A stretch of 64,000 nucleotides of DNA from the human T2T-CHM13v2.0 reference genome, Homo sapiens. Of the stretch, positions 1 to 18,543 are shown one piece after another. The notes under the pieces are model-generated. The model was not told the origin of the DNA. It worked only from the letters and a program-made list of their open reading frames with translations, and searched no databases. Where the stretch lies: NCBI RefSeq assembly GCF_009914755.1, contig NC_060934.1; one strand, 5' to 3'. Numbering within the stretch: position 1 is the first letter of the stretch; each line of letters starts with the position of its first letter. The position numbers and the translations under genes were made by a program.

Positions 1-1579
1 CTTATCAACTCTTACCAATACTTAATACTTGTTAAAATCCCTTCACAAAATACTTATTAACTTTTCTGTGGAAGAAACCTGACAGACATCATCTTAACCA
101 AATGATAAAGGTTAACATTACCAGTAATAGGTTAAATGAACATCGTGTGCTGCTTTTATTATTATTATTATTATTATTTTTTGAGACAGAGTTTTGCTCT
201 TTCGCCCAGGCTGGAGTAAAGTGGCCACGATCTCGGCTCACTGTAACCTCCACCTTCCGGTTTGAAGTGATTCTCCTGCCTCAGCCCCTGAGTAGCTGGG
301 ATTACAGGCGCACGCACCACCACGCCCAGCTAATTTTTGTATTTTTAGTAGAGACTGGGTTTCATCATGTTGGCCAGGCTGGTCTCGAACTCCTGACCTC
401 GTGATCCGCCTGCCTTGGCCTCCCAAAGTGCTGGGATTACAGGCATGAGATACCACGCCTGGCCCATCGTGTGCCTTTTGATAATATGCTCTGGGAAGGA
501 CACACCATCGTTTCTGTGATAGTCCTGAAATACCCCTGAATCTAATCATGACAAAATGTCAGACAACCTCACATTGAGGACATTCTTCAAAGTAACTGAC
601 CTGTGCTTCAAAAATGTCAAAGCCACCAAAGACAAACTGAATAACTTTTCCAGATTGGTGATGCCTAAAGACACATGCTAACTGCATGCAATGCATGACC
701 CTGGATTGGATCTTGGACCTCAAAGACCATTATTAGGATAATCAGTGAAATTTGGCTGGGGGTGGTGGCTCACACCTGTAATTCTAGCACTTTGAGAGGC
801 CGAGGTGGGAGGATCACTTGAGCCCAGGAATTTAAGACCAGCCTAGGCAACACAGTGAGACTCCATCGCTATGAAAATAAAAATAAAAATTTTAATTAAA
901 TTTTTTTTAATTAGTGAAATTTGAGTAGGCATCCATGGATTAGGAGATAGTATTGTATCAATGTTAATTTCCTGATTTTGATAGGTGTCTGGTGGCTTTG
1001 CAGGGAGTGTCCTTATTTTAAGAAAATACACACTGAGGTGTTTAGAGTTAATGGAGTATCAGGTTTTTTTTGCAACATTGTCTCAAATGGTTGAGGAAAG
1101 AAAATGTATACATAGAAAAAGAGCTTGGAAATTAAGAGGGAATGATAATGATTGGTGAATCTGGCGGAGGGTATACAGGACTTCTATGTACTGCTCTTGA
1201 AATTGTAAATATTGTATAAGTTTAAAATGATTTTAAATAAAAGTTACTCAAGGCTGGGTGCGGTGGCTCACGCCTGTAATCCCAGAGCTTCGGGAGGCCA
1301 AGGTGGGAGGATTGCTTGCATCCAGGAGTTCCAGACCAGACTGGGCAACATAACGAGAGCCCATCTCTACCAAAAATAAAAAATTAGCCAGGCATGGTGG
1401 CATGCCCCTGTAGTACCAGCTACGCAGGAGTTTAAGATGTGAGGATCACTTGAGCCCAGGAGGTTGAGGCTGCAGTGAGCCATGATCATGACACTGCACT
1501 CAGCCTGGGTGACAGAGCGAGACTGTCTCAAAAAAAAAAAAAGTATATGTATGTGTATATATATGTATATATAAAAATC

Positions 1580-1617
1580 ATCATTTCTTGGCCTTTTGGA
1601 CAAGGTCAAGTGTAGTA
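1580..1617 (+). pseudogene. 3'-truncated U2 snRNA pseudogene fragment
   Basis: atcatttcttggccttttggacaaggtcaagtgtagta matches U2 nt 1-38 at 32/38 positions by eye. Confidence 0.8.
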
Positions 1618-2714
1618 AAAATATTAAATCATTAATTCATCATTCTTAGAGGTGTAAAAAAAATCCATTAACTGCAATGATTAGTAAAAGCACTTAAGTG
1701 GCATTTTGTTTTTTCAATATGGTGTTTACTCATGAAGGCCTACATTTAATTAAGGCATTAAATAGGCTTTTAACCAAAGCACATCCATAGATAACCATTG
1801 ATTTTTCCAAGCAATGTACTGCCCATTTATTCTCCCTCCAGAAGAGAGATATATAACTTAGGGTGTGTACCAATAAGTATAGGTTAGAGGAAAATAAGTG
1901 ATACTACTGTGCAAACAGGAAAAGAAAATCAATGCTTATGTTTTCTAACCATTTAAACAAGTGAAAAAGAACCCTTCAAAATAGAATAGATTATTACATT
2001 CTCATGTATTATATTTGTGCCTAATAGAAAAAGGAAGATAGATGGGAAAATGACTAATAGTCAAACTAGTTTTAAAAAAAAAGTACAACTTGGCTGGGTG
2101 CAGTGGCTCATGCCTGTAATCCCAGCACTTTGGGAGGCCGAGGTGGGTTGATCACCTGTCAGGAGTTCAAGATCAGGCTGGCCAACATGGTGAAAACCCA
2201 TCTCTAGTAAAAATACAAAAATTAGCTGGGTGTGGCGGCAGGTGCCTGTAATCTCAGCAACTCAGGAGGCTGAGATGGGAGAATTGCTTGAACCCAGGAG
2301 GCAGAGGTTGTCAGGAGTTGAGATCGTGCCATTGCATTCCAGCCCGGACAAGAGTGAAACTCTGTCTAAAAATAAAAAAATAAAAAAATAAAACAACTCA
2401 CAAAATGCTTTACTTTAGGTTACTGAGTTGCAAGCGTTTTAATAGGCAGTCTAGAGACATATCCTGATGAGTCAATATCTCAGGTGTTTCCAGAGAACTG
2501 ATTTATGTGCCTGCAATAAAAAGGTCCATGAAGACATTCATTACTCTTTGTGTTGCTGGACAAACAGTTGACCTAAATTGTCCTGGATCTCACATCATGT
2601 AATGACATCGTGGAGATGTGAAAAATTAAAGGATGCTCAGAAATACTAAGTCACCCCAGATAAAAGAGATACCCCTCCACTGATCACAGCTGCTACATAT
2701 TATGTTCACCTCTT

Positions 2715-3440
2715 AATATTTTGGGGGTACAAGTAGCTTTGTGTTACATGGGTGAACTGGATAGTGGTGAAGTCTGGGATTTTAGTGTACCATCATCTGA
2801 ATAGTGTACATTGTACCCAATAAGTGATTTTTTCCATCCCTCTCCAACCCTTTCCTGTGAGTCTCCAATGTCCACTATACCACTCTGTATGCCCCTGGAT
2901 ACCCACACCTTAGCTCCCACTTATAAGGGAGAACATGAGGTATTTGGTTTTTCCTTGCTGAGTTACTTCACTGAGACTAAGGGCCTCTGGCTCCATCCAA
3001 GTTGCTGCGAAAGACATTATTTTGTTCTCTTTATGGCTGCAGTTATATTCTTGTGCGTGTGTGTGTGTGCACGTGCGTGCGTGTGTGTATATGCATATAT
3101 ATCTCATTTTATGTATTCACTCATTAGTTGGTGGACACTCAGGTTGATTCTGTATCTTTGCAATTGTTCATTGTTCTGTGATAAACATCTGAATGCAAGT
3201 GTCTTTTTAACGTAATGACTTCTTTTCCTTTGGGTGTCTACCCAGTAGTGGGATGCTGGATTAAATTCTTTGAGAAATCTCCATACTGTCTTCCATATAG
3301 GTTTTGCTAATTTACGTTCCCCTCAACAGTGTATAAGTGTTCCCTTTTCACCACATATATACCAACATGTATTGTTTTTTGACTTTTTGATAATGGCCAT
3401 TCTGGCTGGGGTAAGGTAGTATTTCATTGTGGTTTTAACT
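2715..3440 (-). mobile_element. Old L1 3'-end fragment with internal (TG)n
   Basis: Antisense L1 ORF2 end / 3'UTR motifs (IMSFAATWME, KYLMFSLISGS). Confidence 0.8.
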
Positions 3441-4189
3441 TACTATATTTACTATTTATTTAATTCCAATCTCCTTAGGTCATTTATATTTTACTGTTTC
3501 TTGCAATCCCTTTAAGAACTCAAAGGTGTGAAGTGTGATGGTGTCTGCTTCCCAAAGATCACTTTAAAGTCCTAGCTCCAAATCACCCAAGTGTCACCCC
3601 TGAATTTCTCAGTCTACAAGTTACAAAAATTCAAGTCAGGAGACCTGAATTGATTTGCTGGCCTCGGTGGACATATTGCTAAAAATGTCACCTCTGCCTC
3701 ACTTCATCAGCTATGAGATGAGCCAATGCTCATCTTTGCCTTCATGTAGAATGCTGAGAGAATCAATGGGGTCTGTAAAAGAAAAGTACCATTCAGATTC
3801 AGCTCATATTACTGAGGTGTCTGCTCCATGCTAGGTACTCTGTTACATATGTTACTTACATTTTTCCATTTAATCCTCACAATAACCTTATTAGGTAGGC
3901 ATCATTAACTGCATTCTAAGATGAAACACCAAGGGCCAGGAAAGTTGAAGAACTCCACCTCAGTTAGCACAACTACCCACAGGCAAACCTAGAATTCGAA
4001 TTCCAATTCAGTCCTCTTTCCACCTTATTATTTCCACTTCCATCTTTGTATGTTCAGAATATTATTACAGTAACAAGATTTTCCAATAGAATGAACCTTT
4101 AGGGGCTGGGCGCGGTGGCTCACACCTGTAAACGCAGCACTTTGGGAGGCCGAGGTGGCAGATCACTTGAGGTCAGGAGTTCAAGACTA

Positions 4190-4489
<300 letters not shown>

Positions 4490-4933
4490 TTACTGCCCAA
4501 GGTCAAGGTGCTGTGACACTACAGACTTTCAGGAGAGGCAAAAACATGTAAATATCTGGCAAGGAAATAAGTCCAGATTCCTTTCTGTAAGCAACAAGGA
4601 ATCTCCAATTCATTTAGGATTGCAGAAGAATGGAGATTTATAAGCAAATATTTAGCTGACAGGAGTAGACGTTTAGAAGTGAGGGGAACACCTGGATTTC
4701 TGGGATACACACATACATTCTTAGATATTATTATCTAGCAGGTGAGCAAGTTTACTGCCTGCTAGAAATTGCCCAGCCGAAGGTCCCTCAGAATGTATTT
4801 ATAGCTGCTCCATCACTAGGAGCCAACATTTGATCCGTTCTTTCCAAAATAGGTCTTAAAAGATTCAAAAGGAAAAAAGGCTAGAGCTCTGTCAACAACG
4901 TCTTCTGCAGTCGATTGTAAACAGTGCAGGTAG

Positions 4934-5185
<252 letters not shown>

Positions 5186-5526
5186 TAACCAGGATGGTCT
5201 CCATTTCCCGACCTCGTGATCCGCCCGCCTCGGCCTCCCAGAGTGCTGGGATTACAGGCGCGAGCCACGGCCCGTCCTGACTAAGGTAGTCTTTTTTAGT
5301 CTGATGAGAAAGGAGTCCTGAGGGTGGGGGCTGCAGAAAAGAGAAGCAGCTGCTCATTTCAGCTTCTTGGCTCCTGCGACCTGAAGAGGAAAAACCACAG
5401 CTGACACACCTGTGTGGGGAAAGAAGCCAAGAGGATGAGCACACTTCCTGGGTGAGTAGTTCGTGCTTACCCTACTCCATGCTCCAGGAAAGGAAGTGGC
5501 CCAAAGAAAGAAGTGAGGCACCTTGA

Positions 5527-6232
<706 letters not shown>

Positions 6233-6486
6233 TTAGTGATGATGACACCCAGACTGGGTGTCACCACAACCTCTCATTCAAAATCCTGAAATCCAGAAAA
6301 CTCTGAAAATCAAAACTTCTTTTACATAACTAAATAAGTGACCTGAATTCTTCTGGTGACAAAAGCTGATGTGGATTCACGGGAGGGTGTTACAGGATGC
6401 TGCCCCAACCTCATGGTGGGGGAGGGAGGGTGTGCGATAGGGGTATATGCCCCATATTCCCTTTCTAAACTATGAAAAGTTATTAA

Positions 6487-6825
<339 letters not shown>

Positions 6826-7065
6826 TGAAGTGCTGGGATCACAGGCGTGAGCCACTGCGGCGGCCGTTCTTTGGTTCTAAATATGGTTAATCCATCCATT
6901 ACTCAGCATAGACAGAAAATTCACGATATCTTAATAAGCAGGCATATGTTCACAGAAAATGCACCACTTACCAGACCATGTATGTAAGTTTGCAAGGTCA
7001 ACCACCAAACCTTGGGAGAGCAAAACCACAGAAGTGGAGCTTCATATACGAAGTCACCACCAGGA

Positions 7066-7247
7066 CAGTGGTTCTCAAACTTGGCTTCACACTGAATCAC
7101 CTGGGAAGCTTTAACAAAACACTGACACCTGGGACTCTCTCGCCCCTCCCGACTACCACACACAAATGGAAGTAATTGACCTGGCCTTTGAGACGTTTAA
7201 ACGTTCCCCAGGTGCCTCTGACACACAGCCCAGGTTGAGAGCCACTG
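7066..7247. mobile_element. MER5-family hAT-Charlie MITE
   Basis: TIRs CAGTGGTTCTCAA...TTGAGAGCCACTG; gaatcacctgg motif. Confidence 0.75.
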
Positions 7248-8130
7248 GGCCTGGAGGTAAAAAATCCACATTTAAAGTGTGTGCTTTCAAACAGATCCGT
7301 TTCACTCACAATGAGCTGCCTGACCTCTGTCAATTACCACACCTAAAATTTTAGTTTGTTCATCTCACACAGCCCACTGGTGGGAGTTGGAAATTCAGCC
7401 CCAGGTCTGCCTGCTCGATCCCAATTCTCGAAACTTCTGCCAGTGGAAACATACCAAAAACAAACTGTTGACACATAATACCTGCTACTCATTTCTTTTT
7501 CTGTTGATCTTTGTTTTGCGCTACCAGAAAATAATTATTATCAAGGGAAGAATCACCTGATGCACTTCAATTGTAATTTTAATCTCTTGTTGATACTACA
7601 AACTCAAGATTTCCATATTAAAACAAAAAGGGGAAACTAAAATAAATGATAGTGACTAATCAAAAGTTTCTAAATGCATAATGATGGTGCACCCAAGAGG
7701 ATTTCCCTTTTGCTGTTCTACTTTAAACACACAGTGGAAGAATGACTACCTGACTATCACTTCTTTTGGATGAGACTCAAAATCAAAATGCACATCCATC
7801 TGCTTAGAAATGACACTGATCAAGAGGTGTTCAAACTCATAGATATGGCCTTTGGATCACAAAATGCTCTCCTGTTTAGGGATCCACTCATTAAATATTT
7901 TCTTGTGCTATATGCCAAGCTAATTTGGTCTAAATTTAAAACTTTTTTTTAGTGGAATGTGTATTACAGATTATCCACACCCAAATGAAAAACTACAATT
8001 TTAGATTGTGCTCCAAATGTTATATCTGGTCTGCCACGTTTATGTAAGAGCCAAAGTAAAGGGTCTTCTGCTTGGAATTTTTGAAATTTAGACTAGATCT
8101 GGAATAATGCCTGTCCCAGACCACTACTGT

Positions 8131-8782
8131 TGAGACAGGAGAATAAGGTTTGGAGGCAGGGAACCTAAAGCCGATTCATGCTGACTTCCTAGAACTAGAT
8201 CAAAAGGAAAACCCCAACTTTCCACACCTAAGTAACAAAAGGACCAGAGGCTACTCTCTCCACAACTCCCCCACCCCTTTCTGGGTGGCAGATGAAAAAT
8301 TGAAAGTACCTCTGATTGGTTGCTCCTCACAACCAATCAGACATTTGCGTAGGAGTGTAGCTTTGTAACTTCACTTCAGCCTCTGATTGGTTACTTTCCG
8401 CAACCAGTCAGACTGATTTGCAGGACAAGACTTCATTTGCATAGGAGTGTAACTTTGTAACTTCATTTCAGCCTCTGATTGGTTGCTTTCTGCAACCAAT
8501 CAGACTGATCATGGGCCATCACTTCATTTGCATGGGGTATATACCAAGTGGCCAATGGAAAACCTCTAGAGGGTATTTGGAGCCCAGAAGATCATGTAAC
8601 TGGGCCCCTTGAGCCGCTTGCTGTGGCTGTTCCCATCCTGTGGAGTGTACTTTCATTTTCAATAAATCTCTGCTTTTGTTGCTTCATTCTTTCCTTGCTT
8701 TGTTGTGTATTTTGTCCAATTCTTTGTTCAAAACGCCAAGAACCTGGACAGCTTGCAGTCAAAAGACCCTCCACCAGTAACA
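8131..8782 (+). mobile_element. ERV1 solo LTR (MER51-like)
   Basis: TG...CA termini, 4-bp TSD CTGT on both sides, repeated CCAAT boxes, AATAAA at 8661. Confidence 0.85.
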
Positions 8783-9484
8783 CTGTTTAGATGAAAGGTT
8801 TCTGTTCTTTGGTTTGGTTTTGTCTGAAATAGAGTCTCGCTCTGTCGCCTAGGCTGGAGTGCAGTGGCGTGATCACAACTCACTGCAGTTTTGATTTCCT
8901 GGGCTCAAGTGATCCTCCTGCTTCAGCCTCCCTAGTAGCTAGGACCACAGGTGTGCACCACAACTCACTCCCAGGTAATTTTTTATTTTTTGTAGAGATG
9001 GGGTCTCACTCTGTCACCCAGGCTGATCTTAAACTCCTGGGCTCAAGCAATCCTCCCACCTCAGCCTCCCAAAGTGCTGGGATTATAGGCGTGAGCCACC
9101 ATGCCTGGGCTGGATGAAAGTATTTTAGCCTAGAGTTTTGACACTTTTGTCAGAATGTCCGACTCCTAAATCTTGTATGCTTATGGATTTGGGGGGGAAA
9201 TACAGATAAAAAATGCATATACGCACAAACACATGCACAGTGAGAGGAGTAGTGATTAAAAATTAAAAAGGAAAAATAGTAGCTACTTCTCATCAAATCA
9301 AAAAAGAAGGAAATGCGTAACTGCCTACATCTATGGAAGATGCAAATAGCAAGGAGGAACAAGACTTATTGAGGGTATCATAACCAGGAATCATCACTAA
9401 GATGCAGAGTTAGGAAAAATTTATGCTGTGTGGCAAAGATGGTTTGTGGCCACAGACTATTTCCTCCTTCTTCCTCAGTAACCA

Positions 9485-9491
9485 AAAAAAA

Positions 9492-9551
<60 letters not shown>

Positions 9552-9595
9552 TATATATTCATACATATTCATATATATATTCATCATATATATAT
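9485..9595. repeat. Compound microsatellite (A)n(TA)n(CA)n(TA)n
   Basis: Directly visible. Confidence 0.95.
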
Positions 9596-9699
9596 GATTT
9601 TATTTGGGTAACAATGAACCCAACCAAAAGATATTATTTCCTGAACTCCTTTGCAGCCAAGTTGGACATGTGATTAAGTCCTGGTCAGTGATTTAACCT

Positions 9700-10530
9700 A
9701 GCAAACCCATCGCTGGGTAGATACCCAAGGGAATATAAATCATTCTATTATAAAGACACATTCGGCCAGGCACAGTGGTTCACGCCTATAATCCTAGCTC
9801 TTTGGGAGGCTGAGGCAGGTGAATCACTTGAGGTCAGGAGTTCAAGACCCAGTCTGGCCGACATGGTGAAACCCCATCTCTACTAAAAATACAAAAGTTA
9901 GCCAGGCTCGGTGGTGTGTGCCTGTAATCCCAGCTACTCGGGAGGCTAAGGCACAAGAATCACTTGAACCCGGGAGGCAGAGACTGCAGTGAGCTGAGAG
10001 CATGCCACTTCACTCCAGCCTGGGCAACAGAGTGAGACTGTCTCAAAAAAAAAAAAAGTACATGCATGTATATGTTCATTATGGCACTTTTCACAATAGC
10101 AAAGACATGGAATCAAGCTAAATGCCCAGCAACGGTAGACTGGATAAAGAAAATATGGTACATATACATCATGGAATACTACACAGCCATAAAAAGAACA
10201 AGATCATGTCTTTTGCAGGAACATGAATGGAGCTAGCTGGAGGCCATTATCCTTAGCAAACTAATACAAGAACAGAAAACCAAATACTGCATGTTCTTAC
10301 TGAGAAGTGAGAGCTAAATAATGAGAACACATGGACACAAAGAAGGGAACAACAAACACGGGGGCCTGTTGGAGGATGGAGGCTGGGAGGAGGGAGAGGA
10401 TCAGGAAAAAATAACTAGGTACTAGGCTTAATACCTGAGTGACAACAAACCCTTATGGCACAAGTTTACCTATATAATAAACCTGCACATGTACTCCCAA
10501 ACCTAAAAGTTAAAAATAAATTTTTTTTTA
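9700..10530 (+). mobile_element. L1 3'-end fragment interrupted by an Alu
   Basis: cacaatagcaaagacatggaatcaa..., atggaatactac, aacctgcacatgtac 3'UTR motifs. Confidence 0.8.
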
Positions 10531-10649
10531 AAAAAACCTTTTTAATAAAAAAGCTCTGGTCAATGGTGTATAAGCAGAGTGTTAAGTGAGATATGAGGGT
10601 GGGAGTGGAGGTAGGTAGAGGGAGGGAGGCTCCCTTAAAGAAAGGCTCA

Positions 10650-11130
<481 letters not shown>

Positions 11131-11133
11131 CTA

Positions 11134-11358
<225 letters not shown>

Positions 11359-11568
11359 CTAGAAGTGAAACCCACCACTAGGATGGGAAGCAAAAAGTTC
11401 AAGCTGAGTCCCTAATAACTGTGGAGCTGCCATATTTACCCTGGACTGGCTACTTCTGGACTTCTTTTACATGGGAGAATAAATTCTTGTACTTTTCTGT
11501 TTCATTTTGTTGTTGCTGTTGTTATTGTTACATTCAACTCTATCAAAAACATAACTGATCAAGACTGG

Positions 11569-12324
11569 TGTGAAAGTCATGAGAATCAGAATGGGGTCAC
11601 AAATGGTAAGAAAACCCTGAAAACAGAGCTGGGGGAGGCCATGAAAAGAGGGTTCTCAGGCTTGTATGCCTGATAACATAAACAATCACAAAAGACTGCA
11701 AAAATCATAATCCTCCACAAAAGCCATCACAACTTCACACAAGAAAATTCTTCTGCAAGGGCATTGACCCGGAGACTATCTGTCCAAACTCAGACTAGCA
11801 TCACTCTTGTGATTGATCTTTGTGGTCAAGGATAATTATTTCAAAACAATTATGCAATCCTCCTCTTTTTTTTTTTGTCTGAGACAGAGTCTTGCTCCGT
11901 CACACAGGCTGGAGTGGAGTAGAGTGGCATGATCTCAGCTCACTGCAACCGCCATCTCACGGGTTCAAGCGATTCTCCTGCCTCAGTCTCCCCCAATAGC
12001 TGAGATTACAGGCACGCACCACCATGCCCAGCTAATTTTTTTGTATTTTTAGTAGAGACGGGGTTTCACCATGGTAGCCAGGCTGGTCTGGAACCCCCTG
12101 ACCTCAGGTGATCCACCTGCCTTGGCCTCCCAAAGTGCTGGGATTACAGGTGTGAACCACCACACCCAGCCCCTCATTTTTATCTTTAAAAACCTTTGTC
12201 TTCCTTTACCTCCCTTGAATACGCATAGTTTACTAAGGCTTGTGTATTCCCATTGCAATGCTCTATTCCCAAAACAAACATCTTTTTTTAGAGAGCCTTT
12301 CTCTGTTTACTATTTAGGTTGATA
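11569..12324 (+). mobile_element. ERV1-type solo LTR (MER34/MER39-like; family uncertain) interrupted by an antisense Alu
   Basis: TG start, 4-bp TSD CTGG at 11565-11568 and 12325-12328. Confidence 0.6.
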
Positions 12325-12378
12325 CTGGCAAAGGGAAAAAAGTATGTATCAGTTGCAGGATCCTTGACCTAGGCCTTT

Positions 12379-12497
12379 GCTACTCAAAGCGTGGTCCTGG
12401 AAGGGTAGTGTGGACATCACCTGGCAGCTCATTAGCAATGCAGAATCTCAGGCCCCACCCCAGACCCACTGAATCAGAACCCCTACTTTAACAAGAC
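12379..12497. mobile_element. MER5A fragment
   Basis: aatgcagaatctcaggccccaccccagacc..tgaatcagaa motif. Confidence 0.75.
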
Positions 12498-12539
12498 TGC
12501 CTCTACGCCCAGTTTTTGTTTTTACTTTTCAGCTATTTA

Positions 12540-13360
<821 letters not shown>

Positions 13361-13914
13361 AAGCACTGATGTAAATTCTCTTTAAAACAAACAAACAAAC
13401 AAAAAAACAGACTAGATCGGACACAGTGGCTCATGCCTGTAATCCCAGCACTTTGGGAGGATGAGGCAGGTGGATCGCTTGAGGTCAGGAGTTTGAGACC
13501 ACCCTGGCCAACATAGTGAAACCCGATCTCTACTAAAAATACAAAAATTAGCCAGGTGTGGTGGTGCACGCCTGTAATCCCAGCTACTGGGGAGGCTAAG
13601 GCAGGAGAGTCAGTTGTACCTGGGAGTCAAAGGTTGCAGTGAACTGAGATAGCGCCATTGCATACCAGCCTGGGTGACAGAGTGAGACTCTGTCCAAAAA
13701 GAAAGAAAAAAAAAAAAAACAGACTAAACACCATGGATACAAATGACTGGCTGAGCACTGTTTCTATTACCTCAATTTGTATCCTGAAGAAAAGACATAG
13801 AAATGCGACCCGATTTTGAGGTCAGACACCAAACATAATATTTTCAAACAACACATTTCTTGATAGGTTCAAAATGCAAAAATAAAAACAGATATAAAGG
13901 TTATAAGAAGTTTA

Positions 13915-14130
<216 letters not shown>

Positions 14131-14562
14131 TCACTTGAACACAAGAGGCTGAGTTTGCAGTAAGCTAAGATTGTGCCACTGCATTCCAGCCTGGGCAACA
14201 GAGCGAGACTGTCTCAAAGAAACAAAAACAACCAAAAACAAACTTTGGTTTTTTTGAAGATATAATTCAAAATAAAGTAGATGCTTTACAAATGATAATC
14301 GAGCTGCCAAAATTCAGAAACAATAATTACTTTGACCATTCATTACACCACAGCTTTGTATTCTCACCTTTCAGTTACATCATATATATATTTCCTTAGG
14401 AACCACTAACTCTCTGACATATCAGCTTCCCAGCTGAAAATGCATTTACCTCTGCAGCATTTAGAATTAAAAATTATGTTTTCGATGTATATTTTCAGTC
14501 TGAAAATGTCTCCTCCACTCCCTGAAAACAACCCCAGCCAGTAAATGCAATTCTTTGAATAA

Positions 14563-14793
<231 letters not shown>

Positions 14794-15245
14794 TGATCTC
14801 TAACTCCTAGACTCAGGCAATCCTCCCGCCTCAGCCTCTTGAAGTGCTGGGATTACAGGTGTGAGCCACTGTGCCTAGCAAACAAGGTGTGTTGAATTAA
14901 TTAATTTTAGTTAATTTCCAAATAATTTTTCTACAGCAGTTTTTAAAGATATTATGTACATACAATAAAATGCCCAGATCTTAATTATCCTACCAGATGA
15001 CAATGTTATTAACCCATGTAATCCCCATGTCAATCAAGATATAGGACATTCCCATCACTCCAGAAAGTTCCAAGGAAATGTTTTTTCAGTATTCCCCAGC
15101 TGTACCTGCCACACAGAGGCGGACACTTCTACTGTGGGTTTCTTATTCTTATGTGGCCAGAAAATGGAACCAAAGATGATTTTACAACCGAAAGCTGATA
15201 AAATAGCATTAACAATGGTAAAGTTCCAAGTTGCCTATGAGTGTT

Positions 15246-15261
15246 TTTAATATGCTTTAAT
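15246..15261 (-). terminator. Candidate CDNF polyadenylation signals (two ATTAAA hexamers)
   Basis: tttaat at 15246-15251 and 15256-15261 on + (ATTAAA on -), about 700 nt past the stop. Confidence 0.45.
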
Positions 15262-15953
15262 CTTCCATCAAAAACTTGTCTGATATGTGACTGTAAGGAA
15301 TGAAAAAGACCTTGAGCTTGGTTCAATTAACAATGTAAATGTTGATATAATTGCCAAACATTGGCTATACTTATACGGTTTCTTGATCTCTCTATTTTCT
15401 TTAAGTAGGTTTAAGTGGGTTTTCTTCCAATGGGAAAAACGAGTACTCCTGCCTGACCATTTCTGATACCAAAGAGAGCTACAATATAGAGTGAAAACAG
15501 AAAATTCACTTGAAAAAAACTTTTGATTCTGTATTTGGGATTGAAGTTGTGCATTAGATAAGCTGACTGTTGTGTCTTTTGTTTTAGTCCAATATATTTT
15601 AAAATTGCATCCAGAGAGGAGTCTCTGAATGCCTTCTTCTTTCTTGGAATCAATTTACTCCATCAATTTGTCAGTAGGTCACTTTTAGGAGACAGGCAAT
15701 GAAAACTGGCATAGTCATTCCAAGAAACTTATGAGAAAGGAACTTTTAGCTTTTGGTACACTGCAAATGTAAGTTATCAGTAGTATTAGTTTCACTCATA
15801 AACCCACGTAACAAAATTCTGAGGAATAATACCAACACAAAAAGCATGAGACCAAATATGATGCATTCCCAGTTATCCTTAATCAACATGTCCATATCCT
15901 AGAGAGTCACTTTTCTCTCTAATTACAAGTCACAAATGTGCTGGCATTGGAGA

Positions 15954-16217
<264 letters not shown>

Positions 16218-16306
16218 TTATCTTGGTGCTGACTACCCTATGATCCAAGGCAGGGAAGAATTCCAGTTTCCATGGAAACCAAGACACACCCAAGGAAAAT
16301 GTGGTA

Positions 16307-17601
<1,295 letters not shown>

Positions 17602-18270
17602 TATACAAAGTTATTGGGATAATTTGTGTTTTTAATTTGACTTTCTTTCCAAGAGATTATACTTGCTTCAAAACTAAGGGCCTATGTAGTGCCACAATGT
17701 TTACTACCATTTGGAGCATTCTCAAGATCAGTATTCCTAAAACAAATAGCACTGTATCCAAATTGCTGCTGTTAAGGTAACAAGAAGGAAACTCATATAT
17801 AAAAGGCAATCGGTTCCTTTGGGATGGCCTTGGTTTGCGGCCAACTTGAAACCCATAGATTGTAATTAACCAGCAAAAAGTTATGGTTCACTTTTTCTAG
17901 GAAGATGTATCTTCGGCAAAGCAAATGAGCACATACACATGACAAAGCACTATTGGGTTTTAAATAAAAATGTAAAGACATGCAAACACGTGAATAAAAT
18001 TAGGAATATTCTCGCTGAACCTTAATTGTTTGGGATCTCTGTTTTGAAACTCACCTGATGCCCAGCCCCTACTGGGATTAGGTTGCTAAATTATCACAGC
18101 AGGTACAGCCCTTTGTGTTATTCCCACTTCTCCAATGCTAGGGCTTTGGTGCCAGCCAACCTGGCTTCTAAAATTCTTGCCAATGATACTTGTCACCAAC
18201 ATCTAACCTCCTCTAGCAAGACTACTATTTCGCTGTTTATAGATTATGTGCAGAAAATATCAAGAACTCA

Positions 18271-18543
<273 letters not shown>

